A stretch of DNA of 64,000 nt, taken from assembly GCA_036785375.1 (NCBI GenBank), contig JAWMAR010000391.1:1054001-1118000 (forward strand). Direction: 5' to 3'. The stretch comes from Leucoraja ocellata (Eukaryota). Positions 1 through 12,416 of the stretch are shown here, one piece after another (the first letter of the stretch is position 1; each line of letters begins with the position of its first letter). The position numbers and the translations under genes were made by a program. Below the pieces are notes generated by a model. The model did no database searches. It was not told the DNA's origin and saw only the letters and a program-made list of their open reading frames with translations.

Positions 1-378
1 CCTGTCACTAACAATGCATCTCCTGTGGTGCCCCTTCATAAACTGTGAGGCTATGAGTACTATGTCATTAATTGTTGGAAAGAGAATAATTTATTTATGG
101 CATAAGGCGCTAAAAAATAAAAATGCTGCCACTTGGTTATAGAAAACAAAAACAAAAATCACATGGTTGGTTAATCTGCATCTGTTGGGTAAACAGAGAA
201 GGACCATTGCGTATCTGAAGCATTCTTCATATGTTCCTTCAATAAATGGTAATAGATTTGCTCTGCATTTCCTGCATGTATATTTGTTCCATTACACTAT
301 ATATCTTTGGGCTTAAAATAAATTGTAAAAGCAGTAGGGAACACAAAAATAATTATTGGGAAATACTGTAAATTGGAG

Positions 379-563
379 GTACACAAAAATGCTGGAGAAA
401 CTCAGCGGGTGCAGCAGCATCTATGGAGCGAAGGAAATAGGCAACGTTTCGACCCGAAACGTTGCCTATTTCCTTCGCTCCAGAGATGCTGCCGCACCCG
501 CTGCGTTTCTCCAGCATTTTTGTCTACCTTCGATTTTCCAGCATCTGCAGTTCCTTCTTAAAC
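379..563 (+). mobile_element. Short fold-back element derived from a Penelope-like terminal repeat
   Basis: Inverted arms of about 75 bp centred on gtttcgacccgaaac. Perfect 14-bp TSD actgtaaattggag at 365-378 and 564-577. Same sequence family as the 3' end of the GIY-YIG element at 51790-52280. Confidence 0.8.
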
Positions 564-1819
564 ACTGTAAATTGGAGAATTAGAGCAAGGTTATTTATCA
601 CAAGGATGTTAGAGGAAATGAACAGGTTTTATAACTGATAAAGGTACTTGATAAACAGATAACATGTGTCTGATAAATTCTAAGATACTTATTAGATCTA
701 CATAATATATCAGACTGTGACATTGGTTACAATATCAATGTTTGTTTCTTGATTTGATTACTTCCCTTAAACAGAAAACAATCATTGCTTATTCCATGCA
801 ATGTGTTGGAGGTTCAACCGTGTGAATAGCTTTTATCTCTTGCAAAAACATTTGGTCTATTACTCTGCTGTTTGTGGCATTGGGTCTCTTACTAATAATT
901 GGATATATATGTCAGAGGATTTGTGAATTTTGTCTGCGATCTGCTATGAAAATGTTGATTTGAACAGCTGAGGAACTGGCATGCTTTGAATGGGCTTGAT
1001 AATTTCCACTTACTTTCTGTTTGAGGACAAGCGTCTGCAGAAATTGGTGAGAAGACAAATCAAGCTAATTTTGCAGTGCTGTAACTTGAGCCTCACTCAA
1101 TGAAGTGGCAGAATCCCTGGAACTCAGAATGCATTCTTCTGCAGGGGCATTTGACCCATTGCGGATTCTTTAAGCCATTGAACACCCGTTTGGAATCTTG
1201 CTTACTTTTGGTAATCAGCAGAAACCTCAGCAGACACATGAAACATTATTACTGGGTTCCACAACTTTGCTGGCTCTGAACCCACACAAAAATGGTTAGA
1301 CAACTTCACCAGGAGGATGCAAGTAGCTGATTTCATAACTATAGTTTCATTTTGAAAGGGGATCAAAGTATTGATTTTTCACCAAAAATGTAGTTAAGTC
1401 TTAATTTTCCGTGCTGAGTTAATTATATTTTAATGAGGTCAGAGAATAAGTATTGCAAGAATTTTTAGCTCAATTCCTTTGCTTACTTACTCTTACTAAG
1501 AGTGGTAACTTATCTGGAGTGAAATTCTCAAAGTGAAAATTCCTTTGTGATTAGCACTAGATTTTCATGACGAAGCACTCTTTCACCCCAAGCTTGAAAG
1601 CCACATGAATGATTTTTCCAACCATTGTCATTGCACAGCAGTCAGGAGTTAAAAACTGCAGAATTGCTATTGTCAATTGTAGGATTCCCATTAATTCTGC
1701 AATTCAAGTCTGCATCCTTCTTTGACTCTTTCCTCTTTGACTTTGACCTGCTACCAATAAAAATCAATGTAAGTTTGAGAAAAGCATCTCATATTCTGAC
1801 TGAAGATAGCAGCAGCACT

Positions 1820-1980
1820 GGCAGCATCTCTGGAGAGAAGGAATGGGTGACATTTCGGATCAAAACTCTTCTTCAGACTAGCTAGTCAGAAGAAGGATCT
1901 TGAGCCGAAATGTCACCCAATCCTTCTCTCCAGAGATGCAGCCTGTCCTGCTGAGTTACTCCAGAATTTTGTGTCTATCT
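1820..1980. mobile_element. Fold-back Penelope-like terminal repeat element
   Basis: Inverted arms gcagcatctctggagagaaggaatgggtgacatttcgg / ccgaaatgtcacccaatccttctctccagagatgcagc. Confidence 0.75.
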
Positions 1981-2283
1981 TCTAAATTCTAGCGAGTACA
2001 AGCCGAGTCTATCCAGTCTTTCTTCATATGAAAGTCCTGACATCCCAGGAATTAGCCTGGTGAACCTTCTCTGCACTCCCTCTATGGCAAGAATGTCTTT
2101 CCTCAGATTAGGAGACCAAAACTGTATGCAATACTCCAGGTGTGGTCTCACCAAGACCCTGTACAACTGCAGTAGTACCTCCCTGCTCCTATACTCAAAT
2201 CCACTTGCTATGAATGCCAACATACCATTCGCTTTCTTCTCTGCCTGCTGCACCTACATGCCCACTTTCAATGACTGGTGTAC
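1975..2283 (-). mobile_element. CR1/HER1-type LINE ORF2 fragment
   Basis: LYRVLVRPHLEYCIQFWSP...IEGVQRRFTRLIPG...LSYEERLDRLGLYSLE is the typical CR1 ORF2 C-terminal signature. Confidence 0.92.
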
Positions 2284-2693
2284 CAGTAGAGACTGTAGAT
2301 GTCGGGAGCTCCAATGACGTTGAAGATTTGACCAGCCCCGACCCGGGGTCCGATCACTCGGCTTGGGAGTTGACATCCCCCCCCCAATGTGGGAGCTTGA
2401 CCGCCTCGACGCGAAGGGCCCAAATGCCCCAAACGCCGACAGGAGTCAAGATCGTCCCATCAATGGAAAGCTTGAGGCCCCCCGACCACACAAGAACAAA
2501 GAAGGGAAGAGATGGAACTTTTTTTCGCCTACCATCACGGTGAGGAATGTGGAGGAGTCACTGTGGTGGATGTTTATGTTAAAATGTATTTTTTGTGTTT
2601 CATTGCTTTTTATTTGCATGATTGAATTGGCAAATGAAATTCCTTGTATGTTGCAAAACATACTTGGCTAATAAAGTATTATTGTATTGTATT
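2284..2693 (+). mobile_element. LINE 3' end with GC-rich segment and AATAAA plus (ATTGT)n tail (probably Rex/Babar-related)
   Basis: Ends ...tacttggctaataaagtattattgtattgtatt. Shares ccatcac(g/a)gtgag...cactgtggtggatgtt with 59470-59690. Class is inferred. Confidence 0.55.
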
Positions 2694-3180
2694 AATCTAA
2701 GACAGCACAACTTAATGCCTCAATTCCGTAGCTTCCATGACTTTCTCAATAAAAATGGATGAGAAATATTAATTTAATATCTCCCCATCACTTGTGGTTC
2801 TAAATAAAGACCATGCTGATCTTCAAGGGAACCTAATATTTCTGTGACCACCCTTTTACTAGTCAGACATCACACAGCCAAAACTGCCTGTCGCGAAGAT
2901 TACAGTCAACAGGCATGTCCCGACCTAAAACTTCACCTATCCATGTTTTCCACATTTTCCATTGAATTCCTCCAGCATTCTGTATCTTTCTTCAGACACT
3001 TGTCCTATTTCAATCCCCAGCACTAGTCTTTGCAGTCTCTTTTCCTTTCACTACATATAGTATTTCTGTGTAACTTCTGATTAATTTATCTTTTTGTGTG
3101 TTTGCCTGAGTCCATGAGCCTGCGATGATGCTGCAAGCAAGTGGTTCATTGTACTCATACCTCACCATGCTTGTGCAGAT

Positions 3181-3690
3181 GACATCCTGCCATCGGGAAG
3201 AAGGTGTAGAAGTCTAAACATTGGTACATCCTGGTTCAGGAATAGCAACTTCCCAACAACCATCAGGCTATTGAACACTACGAGCTCCAACTAAACTCAA
3301 AATTATGAACTGCCTGGACCGTCAGTTTTCAAGAGAGTTAGATTTAGCTCTTAGGGTTAAATGAATCAAGGGATAGGGGGGGGGGGGGGGGGGAGCAGGA
3401 ATGGGGTACTGATTTTAGGTGATCAGCCAGCATCATATTGAATGGCAGTGCTGGCTCGAATGGGTGAATGTCCTACTCCTGCACCTATTTTCTATGTTTC
3501 TATTGCATTAGGGACTTTGGGCTGAGTTTTATTTTTGCATTATATTGTTTTTTTTAATATACTGATTTTTTTTTTGGTTTGCTTGTTATATTGAGTACTG
3601 TGTGTATTTACAAACCTGTTATTATGCTGCTGAAGCAAGTAAGAATTTTATTGTTCCATTTCGGGACAGATAATAATAAAACATTCTTGG
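3181..3690 (+). mobile_element. Rex/Babar-like LINE 3' end with a nested CR1 3' end (about 3320-3503)
   Basis: Degenerate translation LPSGRRCRSL...FRNSNFPTTIRLLN. The nested segment ends cctactcctgcacctattttctatgtttcta, the CR1/HER1 tail seen elsewhere in the window. Confidence 0.7.
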
Positions 3691-4024
3691 CCCTTAAAGC
3701 TCGATTTGATCTGTCCCCTGCTAGCTTGGTGGGTGCCCGGCAATATTGTGCTGCTTTCATGCTGGCATCGACCTCGGTGGGTGGGTCCACTGCCTTGCTA
3801 CTTACTGCATGTCCACCCCCCGCCTGCTCACCTGCACTATCAGCACTCGCCGATAGAAAGTAGTGCCCGCTGCCCCGGCGGACGAAGCTGCGGGAGCCGG
3901 GTGCTTCGGTCGGCCGGAGCACCGCCGCGCGTGTGTGTGCTCCCTCTGCAAAGAGTCCGCAGTGAGTGAGAGCAGCGGCGCCTGGAGCCGCCGCAGATCA
4001 GAAGGAAGAGTCGGAGCAGGGAGC

Positions 4025-4048
4025 ATGAGTGAAGAAAAGGAGGATTAA
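4025..4048 (+). other. 7-codon upstream ORF (MSEEKED*) whose TAA directly abuts the PRTG ATG
   Basis: ATG AGT GAA GAA AAG GAG GAT TAA at 4025-4048, followed at once by ATG at 4049 in the same frame. Confidence 0.65.
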
Positions 4049-4115
4049 ATGGAGATTTCTAAACGGAGGACTTGTGTTGGGACTGTGGTGATAGCCCTGC
4101 TGCTCCCTATTTCAG
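4049..4115 (+). CDS. PRTG: Protogenin coding exon 1 (signal peptide MEISKRRTCVGTVVIALLLPISG)
   Basis: Basic n-region plus hydrophobic h-region. Ends at strong donor CAG|GTGAGT in phase 1 and joins exon 2 in frame to give ...ISG-IWCF. Confidence 0.85.
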
Positions 4116-7100
4116 GTGAGTGGATGTTTTTTTGGGGCAACAAAAACAAAATGTGAGTGTTGCAGAAAAGGAGGGCTTTGATGTCGCTGCGGGCTCTGTG
4201 TGAAGGAGTTGACCAGTGCACTGTCCTGCTACCTGGCCCTTGCCTCTCCAGCCATTGTGACCGGCCTCTTGCCCACTCCAAGGCTTAACTCCAGATGCTG
4301 CTGATGGCGGGGGTCGATTCCCGGGAGGGGTGGGTTCCGTTCGCGGGCTCCTGGCAGAAGGAGAGGGAGAGGAGGGAGGGGTGGGGGGGTTACTCATCTC
4401 TACAGCCACTTAATGGCCGGCAGTGTCCGCACGGACGAGCTTTTGTGTTGATCTCCGCCGCGCTCAAACACACCTTCGGCTACATTGTTGCCAAAGTTGA
4501 GTTGCGGAAGGTCGCTGGCTACAATGTTTCTTGTTACAAATTGTATCGGCGCCGCGTCTCACCCACGTGCATTTATTTATTTCGATTTTCCTTCTCCCAT
4601 TCACTTTGTGAGATAAGAGTCAATGCCCATCCCCACCCCCTCTGACACAGCGTGGGGTCTCCGGCCACGCTGACTCCTCTTCATTGGGACTGACTCACTT
4701 TTTTTGTTGTCGTCTATGTAGCGATTTGGCATTTTTTGGGGGAGTTTTGCCCCCTTAAAATTAAACGGTGAACTGATCCCGACTGGGAGAGTTTGCGAGA
4801 TGACGCTGGTATTTGTAAACATTGTTGGGGATCGTTTTAAATACACGCCAAACGTCAATGAGATTAATCCATCGCTAAGCTAAAAGTCATCTTTTTAAGT
4901 TTTAAAAGTGCTTGAGGGTCTTGGCGAATTTCATTTTGAGAGCGAGAGGAATTGTTTTGAGGGAAAAGAGGCGAAATGTGTTTTATTTTCCTTTCAACAG
5001 TACTGTGTGATCTCCTGTCGCGTTATATTGTCTTTAACGGAAGGATTCATTTGCATCCCAGAGCCTGAACTGATTAATTCAAGTCGGGGAGGGAGGGAGA
5101 GAGGGGGATCTGTACAGATTTGTATTGATGCCAAGAATTGATCAGTTGAAGAGCTCTCTTCTTGACCACGTCCACCAAATGCACTCGGGACCTCTAAACC
5201 GATTCCCAACTGCTGTCGCCTAATGTTGACAAATATATCAACAAATTAAAAATTCGTTATCTTGGTTTGTCTGTTTCTTCTTCGCTGTGATCACTTCTTC
5301 CCTCGTTCCTCCCCAATATATGGACAGCGATCTCTGTGCAAAGTTAGGCTGACTGCAAGACAAGCAGGCAGACAGATTGGCAAAAACATGCATGTTTTGT
5401 TGTGAATTAAAATAACGCCAACGGAAAGAGTGGCAACACCGAAGCCCTTCAGAGGGGTGGGCATCTCGAGTGTGCTTAATGAAAATAAATCGGAGTGCAC
5501 GTTAGCCAGTCAGTCGGTCTCCTTGAGTTGACGGTGGAGCTCAAGTCTCTCTTTGAAAACCTTTCCATTTGTATCGTCAACACAGCGTCGTGCTGCTGCT
5601 GTAGCGATGACTGTCCCTGAATGTTTGTAAGAGTTGAGTGTTCAAACTAAAGGTAGTCAGTACTCCACACGTGGTTTGTCGGGAGTAGCTACAGAAAAAA
5701 GAGTTTCAAAACTTTTTTTTTAAAAGAAAGAAAAGTCGGCGAGAGCTTATTGATACACACGGGCTAATGATTTCTCGTAAAATCAGACGTTTACGACTTC
5801 GCCTGTTCAGACTCCTTTTTGACAAGCTTGTAAAATTAGCAAACATCTTGTGCGAAGTCTTGCCTGTATGGCAACCGGTTGCGACTTCAGATTGGAACAA
5901 GTCTTTTCTATCGACTTGGTGTTTAGAATCAAAATAATAACACGTTTTTACAAGTGTGTTGTCCATTTAATTCTGATTTTATTTGAGTTTTCTGCCCCCA
6001 TATAAAAGCTCAGTAAAGGGTTACCGCCATTGTAGTGGCCCCCTGCAGTGATTTTACATCGATTCTTCAGTGCGCTGCTCCTCGATTTATTTGTACTTTG
6101 GATTGTCTATTTTTGTCGCCTGTAGAGGTTGTGGTTGCAGAGATTGAGCTCATGGTACCTTCCAACTTCGTAACTTAAGCCGCTAATGGGTGATCACTAA
6201 ACAAACACTGATAAATTAAGATTTTTTTTTCTTTCAGACATCCCATTTTAAACATAGCGAATTCCTCTTTGGTCCAACTATGAATTGAAAAATAAAGTTT
6301 TAAATGATTGATTTTGGAGATTCTTGTTTCATGAAGACTTAAGAATTGAAGAAGTCTTGACCTGAAACACTGTCAATCTTTTCTACCTCCACTGATACTG
6401 CCTGAGGAGTTCCTTCAACATTTTTTTTTCGCTTAAGATTTGAAGTCTTGTTTGCCAGTGGTGCACCAAATAAATATGGATATACTCAGCAGGTCAGGCT
6501 GCATCTGTGGGAAGTGAAACAGAGCTAATGTTTCAGGTCAAAAACCCTTCATCAGAACTGGGAAGGAGAGAAAAGAAAGTTGGTTTAGCTGCAGGGAGAG
6601 TGGGGGAGGGGGATGTTTCTGATACCAAGTGTTTATTTAACTCAATAAAACCTGTTAAATGCACCCAGGGGGTGGTGGTGGAAGCAGATATGATAGTGGC
6701 ATTTAAGAGGCTTTTGGATAGATGAACATGCAAGCAGTGGAGGGATATGGGGCATGCAAATGGGCTGTTCCTGTGCTGCACTCTTATATGCCCTCTAACC
6801 TTGTGCCCTTTTATTAATATTACAAAGATAACCAAATTCATGATCTGGTGTGCCACAATGCCTGTTTATTGCTCAGATTTATAGCTCTTTATAGTTCATT
6901 GTGGATGGGAAGGGGAAGAGAAGTGGAGAATATAAACTAAGAAATGGTGTGCCACTTGTATGATGGTTGTAGGATAGGCAGACTTTGGGGGATAGTTTCA
7001 GTGAATCATTGATGTTTTTGTAGACAGTAAAAACATTATTAAGCAAGAGAGTTTTGAGTGCACAGAGCATGAGATTTTTGTCATTTTTGATAGAGATGTA

Positions 7101-7788
7101 ATTGAGGTAAAATTAGGTTCTAGAGTTATTTGGAGATATAACCTTTTATTGTATTAGTAAATCAGACTAAAATCTCAGGCAAAATGTTTAGGATTTGGAG
7201 GATCCAAGACAATTGGGACAAACTACTGCAAATCTATGGGTTGAGCATGTTACTTGAATTCTAGTTCATCTCAGAAGATCTAGATTAATGCAAATGCTGA
7301 ATTCCCAATATCTGTCAACAGTTATAGAGTGATGCAGTGTGGAAGCAGGTTCTTTGACCCAACTATTAATGCCAGTGTGTAATGGTGCACCAAAATAAAT
7401 ACGGAAAATGTTGGAAATACTCAGCAGGTCGGGCTGCGTCTGTGAGAAGTGAAACACTGCTAATGTTTCAGGTCAAAAACCCTTTCCTCAGAATTGGGAA
7501 GGAGAGAAAAAAAAAGTAGGGCCAAATCAATATACATAATTTAAGATAACACTCTCTAAAAACCTGGCACATGTCATTTCTTCCTAAGATACATACAAAG
7601 CTGGAGTAACAGCGTGTCAGACAGCATTTCTGGAAAAAAGGAATAGGTGAAGTTTTGGGTTGAGACCTGTTGCACTAGCACATGCAATTTGTTTATATAT
7701 GAAGGAAACTATTTTACTTATAAATGTTAAATATACTTTTTAAAGCAAGTCTAGTTATCTATGAATGGATTTGTTTTGTTTTTTTCAG

Positions 7789-8091
7789 GCATTTGGTGCT
7801 TCACTGAGCTATTTTTCATGAGGGAACCCCATGACATCACTGCTCTGCGGAAAGACCCTGTAGTTCTTGACTGCCAAGCTCATGGAGAACTTCCAATTAC
7901 CATTGTGTGGCTAAAAAATGGACAGAGGTTGGCGGATACTGAGCGGACATACATTTTATCAAACGGATCGCTTTATATCACTGAGGTTGAACATCGCAGA
8001 GGGGACCGTTCGGATGAAGGCTACTATGAATGTTTAGCTCAGAATAAGTATGGAGCCATTCTGAGTCAGAAATCCCACCTCACCGTGGCCA
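7789..8091 (+). CDS. PRTG: Protogenin exon 2 (Ig domain 1)
   Basis: Acceptor tttttcag| and donor A|gtaagt; 303 nt. [33 protein letters not shown]...[21 protein letters not shown] matches vertebrate protogenin as I recall it. Confidence 0.97.
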
Positions 8092-8724
8092 GTAAGTGTT
8101 TTTGTTTTCGCTAATTAAATGCATCCTAATTTACCTATTGTGCCCAACTAAGGCACTCGCACTCACACTTTTGCAAACGAGGGAACTTCAAAAAGTATTG
8201 AGGCTTACATATCAAATTGTAGTGGAAATGCCTATCTTTAATTGAAGCAAAAGATATTGGATTGCAAAGGAAGCCACTTGTCAAATATGTCATTCTAATT
8301 GAATTGAATGGAAATTGTATTGCATTTGTTGATACGTTCAAGGGGATTGTGATATGATATTGGCCATCACATTGAAGAAGGTTGAGTGCCTTTCCCTGGT
8401 CATTATTTCTTATAAAGCTACCAGTTTACAGGATGTACAGGCAATTTTGCAGTTAGCGAAATGATTTTTGTTTTGTTTACGCAGATAAATCTTTAAAGTC
8501 TGTTGAACAAATAAATATGGCTTCCTTTACAGAGAATAGCATTAAAATTTGTCTCCATTTGTCAAATAAGTTTTCCACTCCATGCTTCAACTCGGTCATA
8601 AATTTAATAATACTGTTAGAACCTTGGGGCTTTATGTTATAAGATATATGTTTAATTCTAGGAAATAGAAATAGAACTGTAATGAAAATTTGTAAACATG
8701 CCACAAAATCATTGTTAAAATTGA

Positions 8725-9030
8725 TTGGAAGATGCAGCATGGTCCTTCAGCCTACCTAGTCCACATTGACCATAGATCCCCTGTCCATAGTAGTTCTATG
8801 TTATCCCACTTCCTCATCCACTCTCTGCACATGGGGGCAAGTTACAGAGGACAAATAACCTCCAAACCAGCCTGTCTTTGGGGAGCGGGAGGAAACCGGA
8901 GCACCCAGAGGAAACCCATGCAGTCACAGGGAGAACATGCACACTCCACGCAGACAATGCCCGAGGTCAGTTATTGAACCAGGGCCTCTGGCGCTGTGAG
9001 GCAACAGCTCTACGAGCTGCACCAATGCAG
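8725..9030 (-). mobile_element. HE1-like tRNA-derived V-SINE
   Basis: V-domain-like core ggaggaaaccggagcacccagaggaaacccatgcagtcacagggagaacatgcacactccac; homologous to 13714-14010. Confidence 0.8.
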
Positions 9031-10719
9031 GTCTGAGGTATCAGCAGATTATGTTGATTGTTGCCAGTCATGTTTATTACTAGCATCAGTATTCAGTGAT
9101 ACATGAGTGGTAGCTCGAGGCAAATCCATTGTATGAAGTCATAAATTGCTTGATTACAAGATGAAGAGGGGTAATGGAAATATGGCCACACAAAGTTTTC
9201 TGAAGTTGCGGATCTGTCTCATTTGGGTTAATGTTGTAGGTTTGTAAATGTATTAGAATGAGGTAAAAAAAGTTTTATAGATTGTTTGGAACAAAATGGC
9301 TTGGTTTAGATGAGTAGATGAAAAACTTAAGTTTGTTGGGTTTGGCATAACATTTGTCAGCTGCAGAGTTACGTATAACTGAAACTCTTAACATAGTATT
9401 AACGTTATCAAATATTTGAGTGGTAAAATTAATTAGCTGTCATGGTTATTGATTGTAGTGATAACTTGTTATTTGGACTGATGTTTAAAAAAAAATGTAA
9501 TAAACTTGATCCATCTGTATAAAATGTTTTTTATGCTATTGTACTTGTAGTTAACATGAGGTGAAAATCAATGTAATGATCACCAATGTACATGTGAAAT
9601 GCTTTAACATAAACCTGTATTTCCAGGCTTCTGTAATGAGGATGCTGTCTAAATAACTAAATCATGATTGCAGTCATGCAGAAACCATTTAGAGCAAGCT
9701 GAGAAATGGCATCTTTTTCATTTAGGGGGAGAGAAAAGTGCATTCCAAATCGATGTAGGCAGTTAGGTGCAGGAATAGGTTTTCCTTAAAGCATTTGCCC
9801 ATGAGGCTATCCTCTTTTATCACAGATGTGTAATGTCTGGTAAAGCATCTAAAACTTTTAATTAGTTCATCCAAGAAGTGTTAGACCTCAACACACTGGA
9901 AGGTGTCACTTTTTCCAAAGTTACTTGCACCATGGTTGAGAAATTGATTATTCATGTGCAAATTAAGAATTCTTTGGGTTAAAAGGTTATAGGCGATGCA
10001 GGATGAGGTTTAGCCCTGTGATAAAGAGCAGATGACCCTTATTCATTGTCCATAGCTTTCATGTTGTTCCTCCACAAAGTTTGTGATTGCCAGGAATTGT
10101 TCTTAAGGAATGCAGTGAATCGTATGGCTTGCCTTTAGTGTTACTGTGGAGTCTTATCACATAAGGACATCACAGCATGTCTTTAGGGACAGTTTCTGGC
10201 TCTGAAGCCCTTAAGGCTCTGTTTTCTGCTGTTCACTCATACATAGAAGAATTTAACTAATTTTTGCTTTCTTGATTTCCCTTAAAAGAACCGTTGACTA
10301 TGGTATTTTGGAAACTATAAGGGATGCGAAGAGACAATTGTATATTTTATAGATTTTCTTCTTGTAGCTAGGAGACAATAGGAAGTTATTTTTCACTGCT
10401 GTTCAGTTCTTTGTGAGGCACCCAGCTGGGGAAAATGTCAACTGAACAATCGAGAGCCCAAATGGCTTGCTTCAGGTCTGAATAAGATTACAAGTGAACA
10501 GTCCTTTGCAGGATAAGGAATTTCTTTGCAGGGAGGAGATATTCTTTATTTTTTTTAACTGTCTATAATTCTGGCTATGATTTCAGAGCGTATTAGGAAT
10601 CTTTCTAAATGCCTAGAAAATCAGATGCACATCAGCAGGTTTCCAAACTTGCAATACAACGATAAATGCCAACTTGTTCTTTTGTGAAATCATTTATTGT
10701 TACTCGCTTAACAGTGCAT

Positions 10720-11222
10720 GTTTTTAATGTACTAGACCACGGAGCACCCGTTGGGTCCCATCCCCTCAACGTGCGGTTACAGGGGTGGAGTGGGTCTGTG
10801 GCGTCACACACACACTAACCACCCCCCGAAAACACAGGGGGAGGGGGTGAGATGGGGGGGGAGGGGAAGTGAAAGGGGTGGGGGGGGGAGGAGGGGGCTC
10901 CGTCCACTCAACGCGCAGTTGCGGGGAGGGGGGGGGAGGCTGCGGAGACACACACACACTAACCACCCCCCTTGATATGTTAATATTATTCATTGGCTCC
11001 TTTTACTACATACCCGCCCTATCTCGAGGGGCAGGGAGAGTGGGGCAGAGAAAGCGATAGAGGGGGGAGATGGGATGGAGGGGGGGTGGAGAGGAGGGGG
11101 GGGGAGGAGAGAGTGGGGAGGGAGAGGGGAGAAGGGAGAGAGGGGGATGGGGTGGGGGAGGAGAGCAGGGGGAGGGGAGAGACGAGTAGGGGGAAGGGTG
11201 GTGGGAGAGGGGGAGAGAGGTG
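10720..11222. mobile_element. G-rich insertion with an internal repeat unit, flanked by a 53-bp direct duplication; class uncertain
   Basis: Begins actagaccacggagcacccgttgggtccc. Contains two copies of ctcaacg...acacacacacactaaccacccccc and a polypurine tract at about 11030-11220. Confidence 0.55.
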
Positions 11223-12416
11223 TGCCAACTTGTACTTTTGTGAAATCATTTATTGTTACTCGCTTAACAGTGCATTTTAAAGATATATAATGATGATTTA
11301 ATTTGTATAATTGGCATCGTAAGGACCAACTTGTTATTTTTTTCAAATCATTTTGATTGACCTTACATTTAACTATTTTTTATATGATGAGATTTCTGCA
11401 GTTTCTTTTTGATTAACTGAAGTTAATAGCATCAGATATATCACATTAGTTTAATATTGCAGCTCTGGAGGTATTGTTGATTTGCGCCATTTACCAAGAC
11501 AGTTTTGCTACTCGTATGAACGTTTTCACAACCTGTGTGTATGGACATGGATGTGTTTCTAGAAAATAACTCTTTGTGAGAGTACTCGTGCAACAGTTTT
11601 CTCCCCTCTTTGCTTGTGAATGTTGAATTGACTCTTGTCATTGACGAACTAAGGCAGTTAGTTGCTGTTCATTGCAATGTAGTCATCACTGAATTCTTTA
11701 GCATATACTATTGTTAGTGGTAGTAGTTTTGGTTTGGGGAAATGCTTAATGTTCAAACTGATGGTGATAAACCTGTCTGGCTTTTTACAGGCAGCTTTGC
11801 CTCTTCTGTCTAGAAGCCAATGAAATTTGCAAGTACTTGTGAAATGCAGAGTGGGCAAAGTGGTTAATGTGGTGAGGCTGTATCTCCTAGCCATATTGCC
11901 ACTGTTTCTTGTTGTTCACTGTCCTGCCAAACGCTCCTAGTCTGTCTAAGTGTTTAAATTGCAGTCCTTTATTGTAAGGCAACTTGCTGAAGTGGATAGT
12001 AGTTCTGTTGCTGCAATTGTCTTGCACTCTTGTACCCCAAAGGGCTGGAGAAAATAATTTGTTCTGTCCACTTTGTCTGTTCTGATAATCCTCAGCAAAT
12101 GCTTTTGGTTCTGTTTAGGGAATCTAAGATTTAAATAAATGAACAGTTTGATCTTTTGATTATATGCAGGATAATCAAACTGCTAATTAAAAAGGAACAG
12201 GGAAAAGGTGTATGAGGAACTGATTTAAAATTTTAAGAGATGCAATGTTTGAAGTAAAACCATATCTTGGAGGAATAAAATTAATATGACATGGAAAATG
12301 ATAGGCATTTAGATAGAATATGTTGGGACTTAAAATGTATTTCTTCCCCTCACCCAAAATGTATTTGCTAAATAGCCCAATCTCTTAATTACACACAAAG
12401 GAAACATGGGTGCTTT

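Larger units (their letters stand above)
3730..4700 (+). promoter_or_regulatory. CpG/GC-rich promoter region, 5' UTR and start of intron 1 of protogenin
   Basis: Sharp rise in GC and CpG content (e.g. gccccggcggacgaagctgcgggagccgg, accgccgcgcg) in otherwise AT-rich DNA, surrounding the first coding exon. The transcription start cannot be placed from sequence alone. Confidence 0.75.

Noticed and set aside
3579-4645. Multiple overlapping 60-116 aa ORFs around the promoter
   Set aside because: Expected in GC-rich DNA and carry no recognisable domains; only 4049-4115 has signal-peptide and splice support.
10751-11346. Gly/Pro/Arg-rich overlapping ORFs
   Set aside because: Artefacts of G-rich low-complexity sequence that lacks stop codons.
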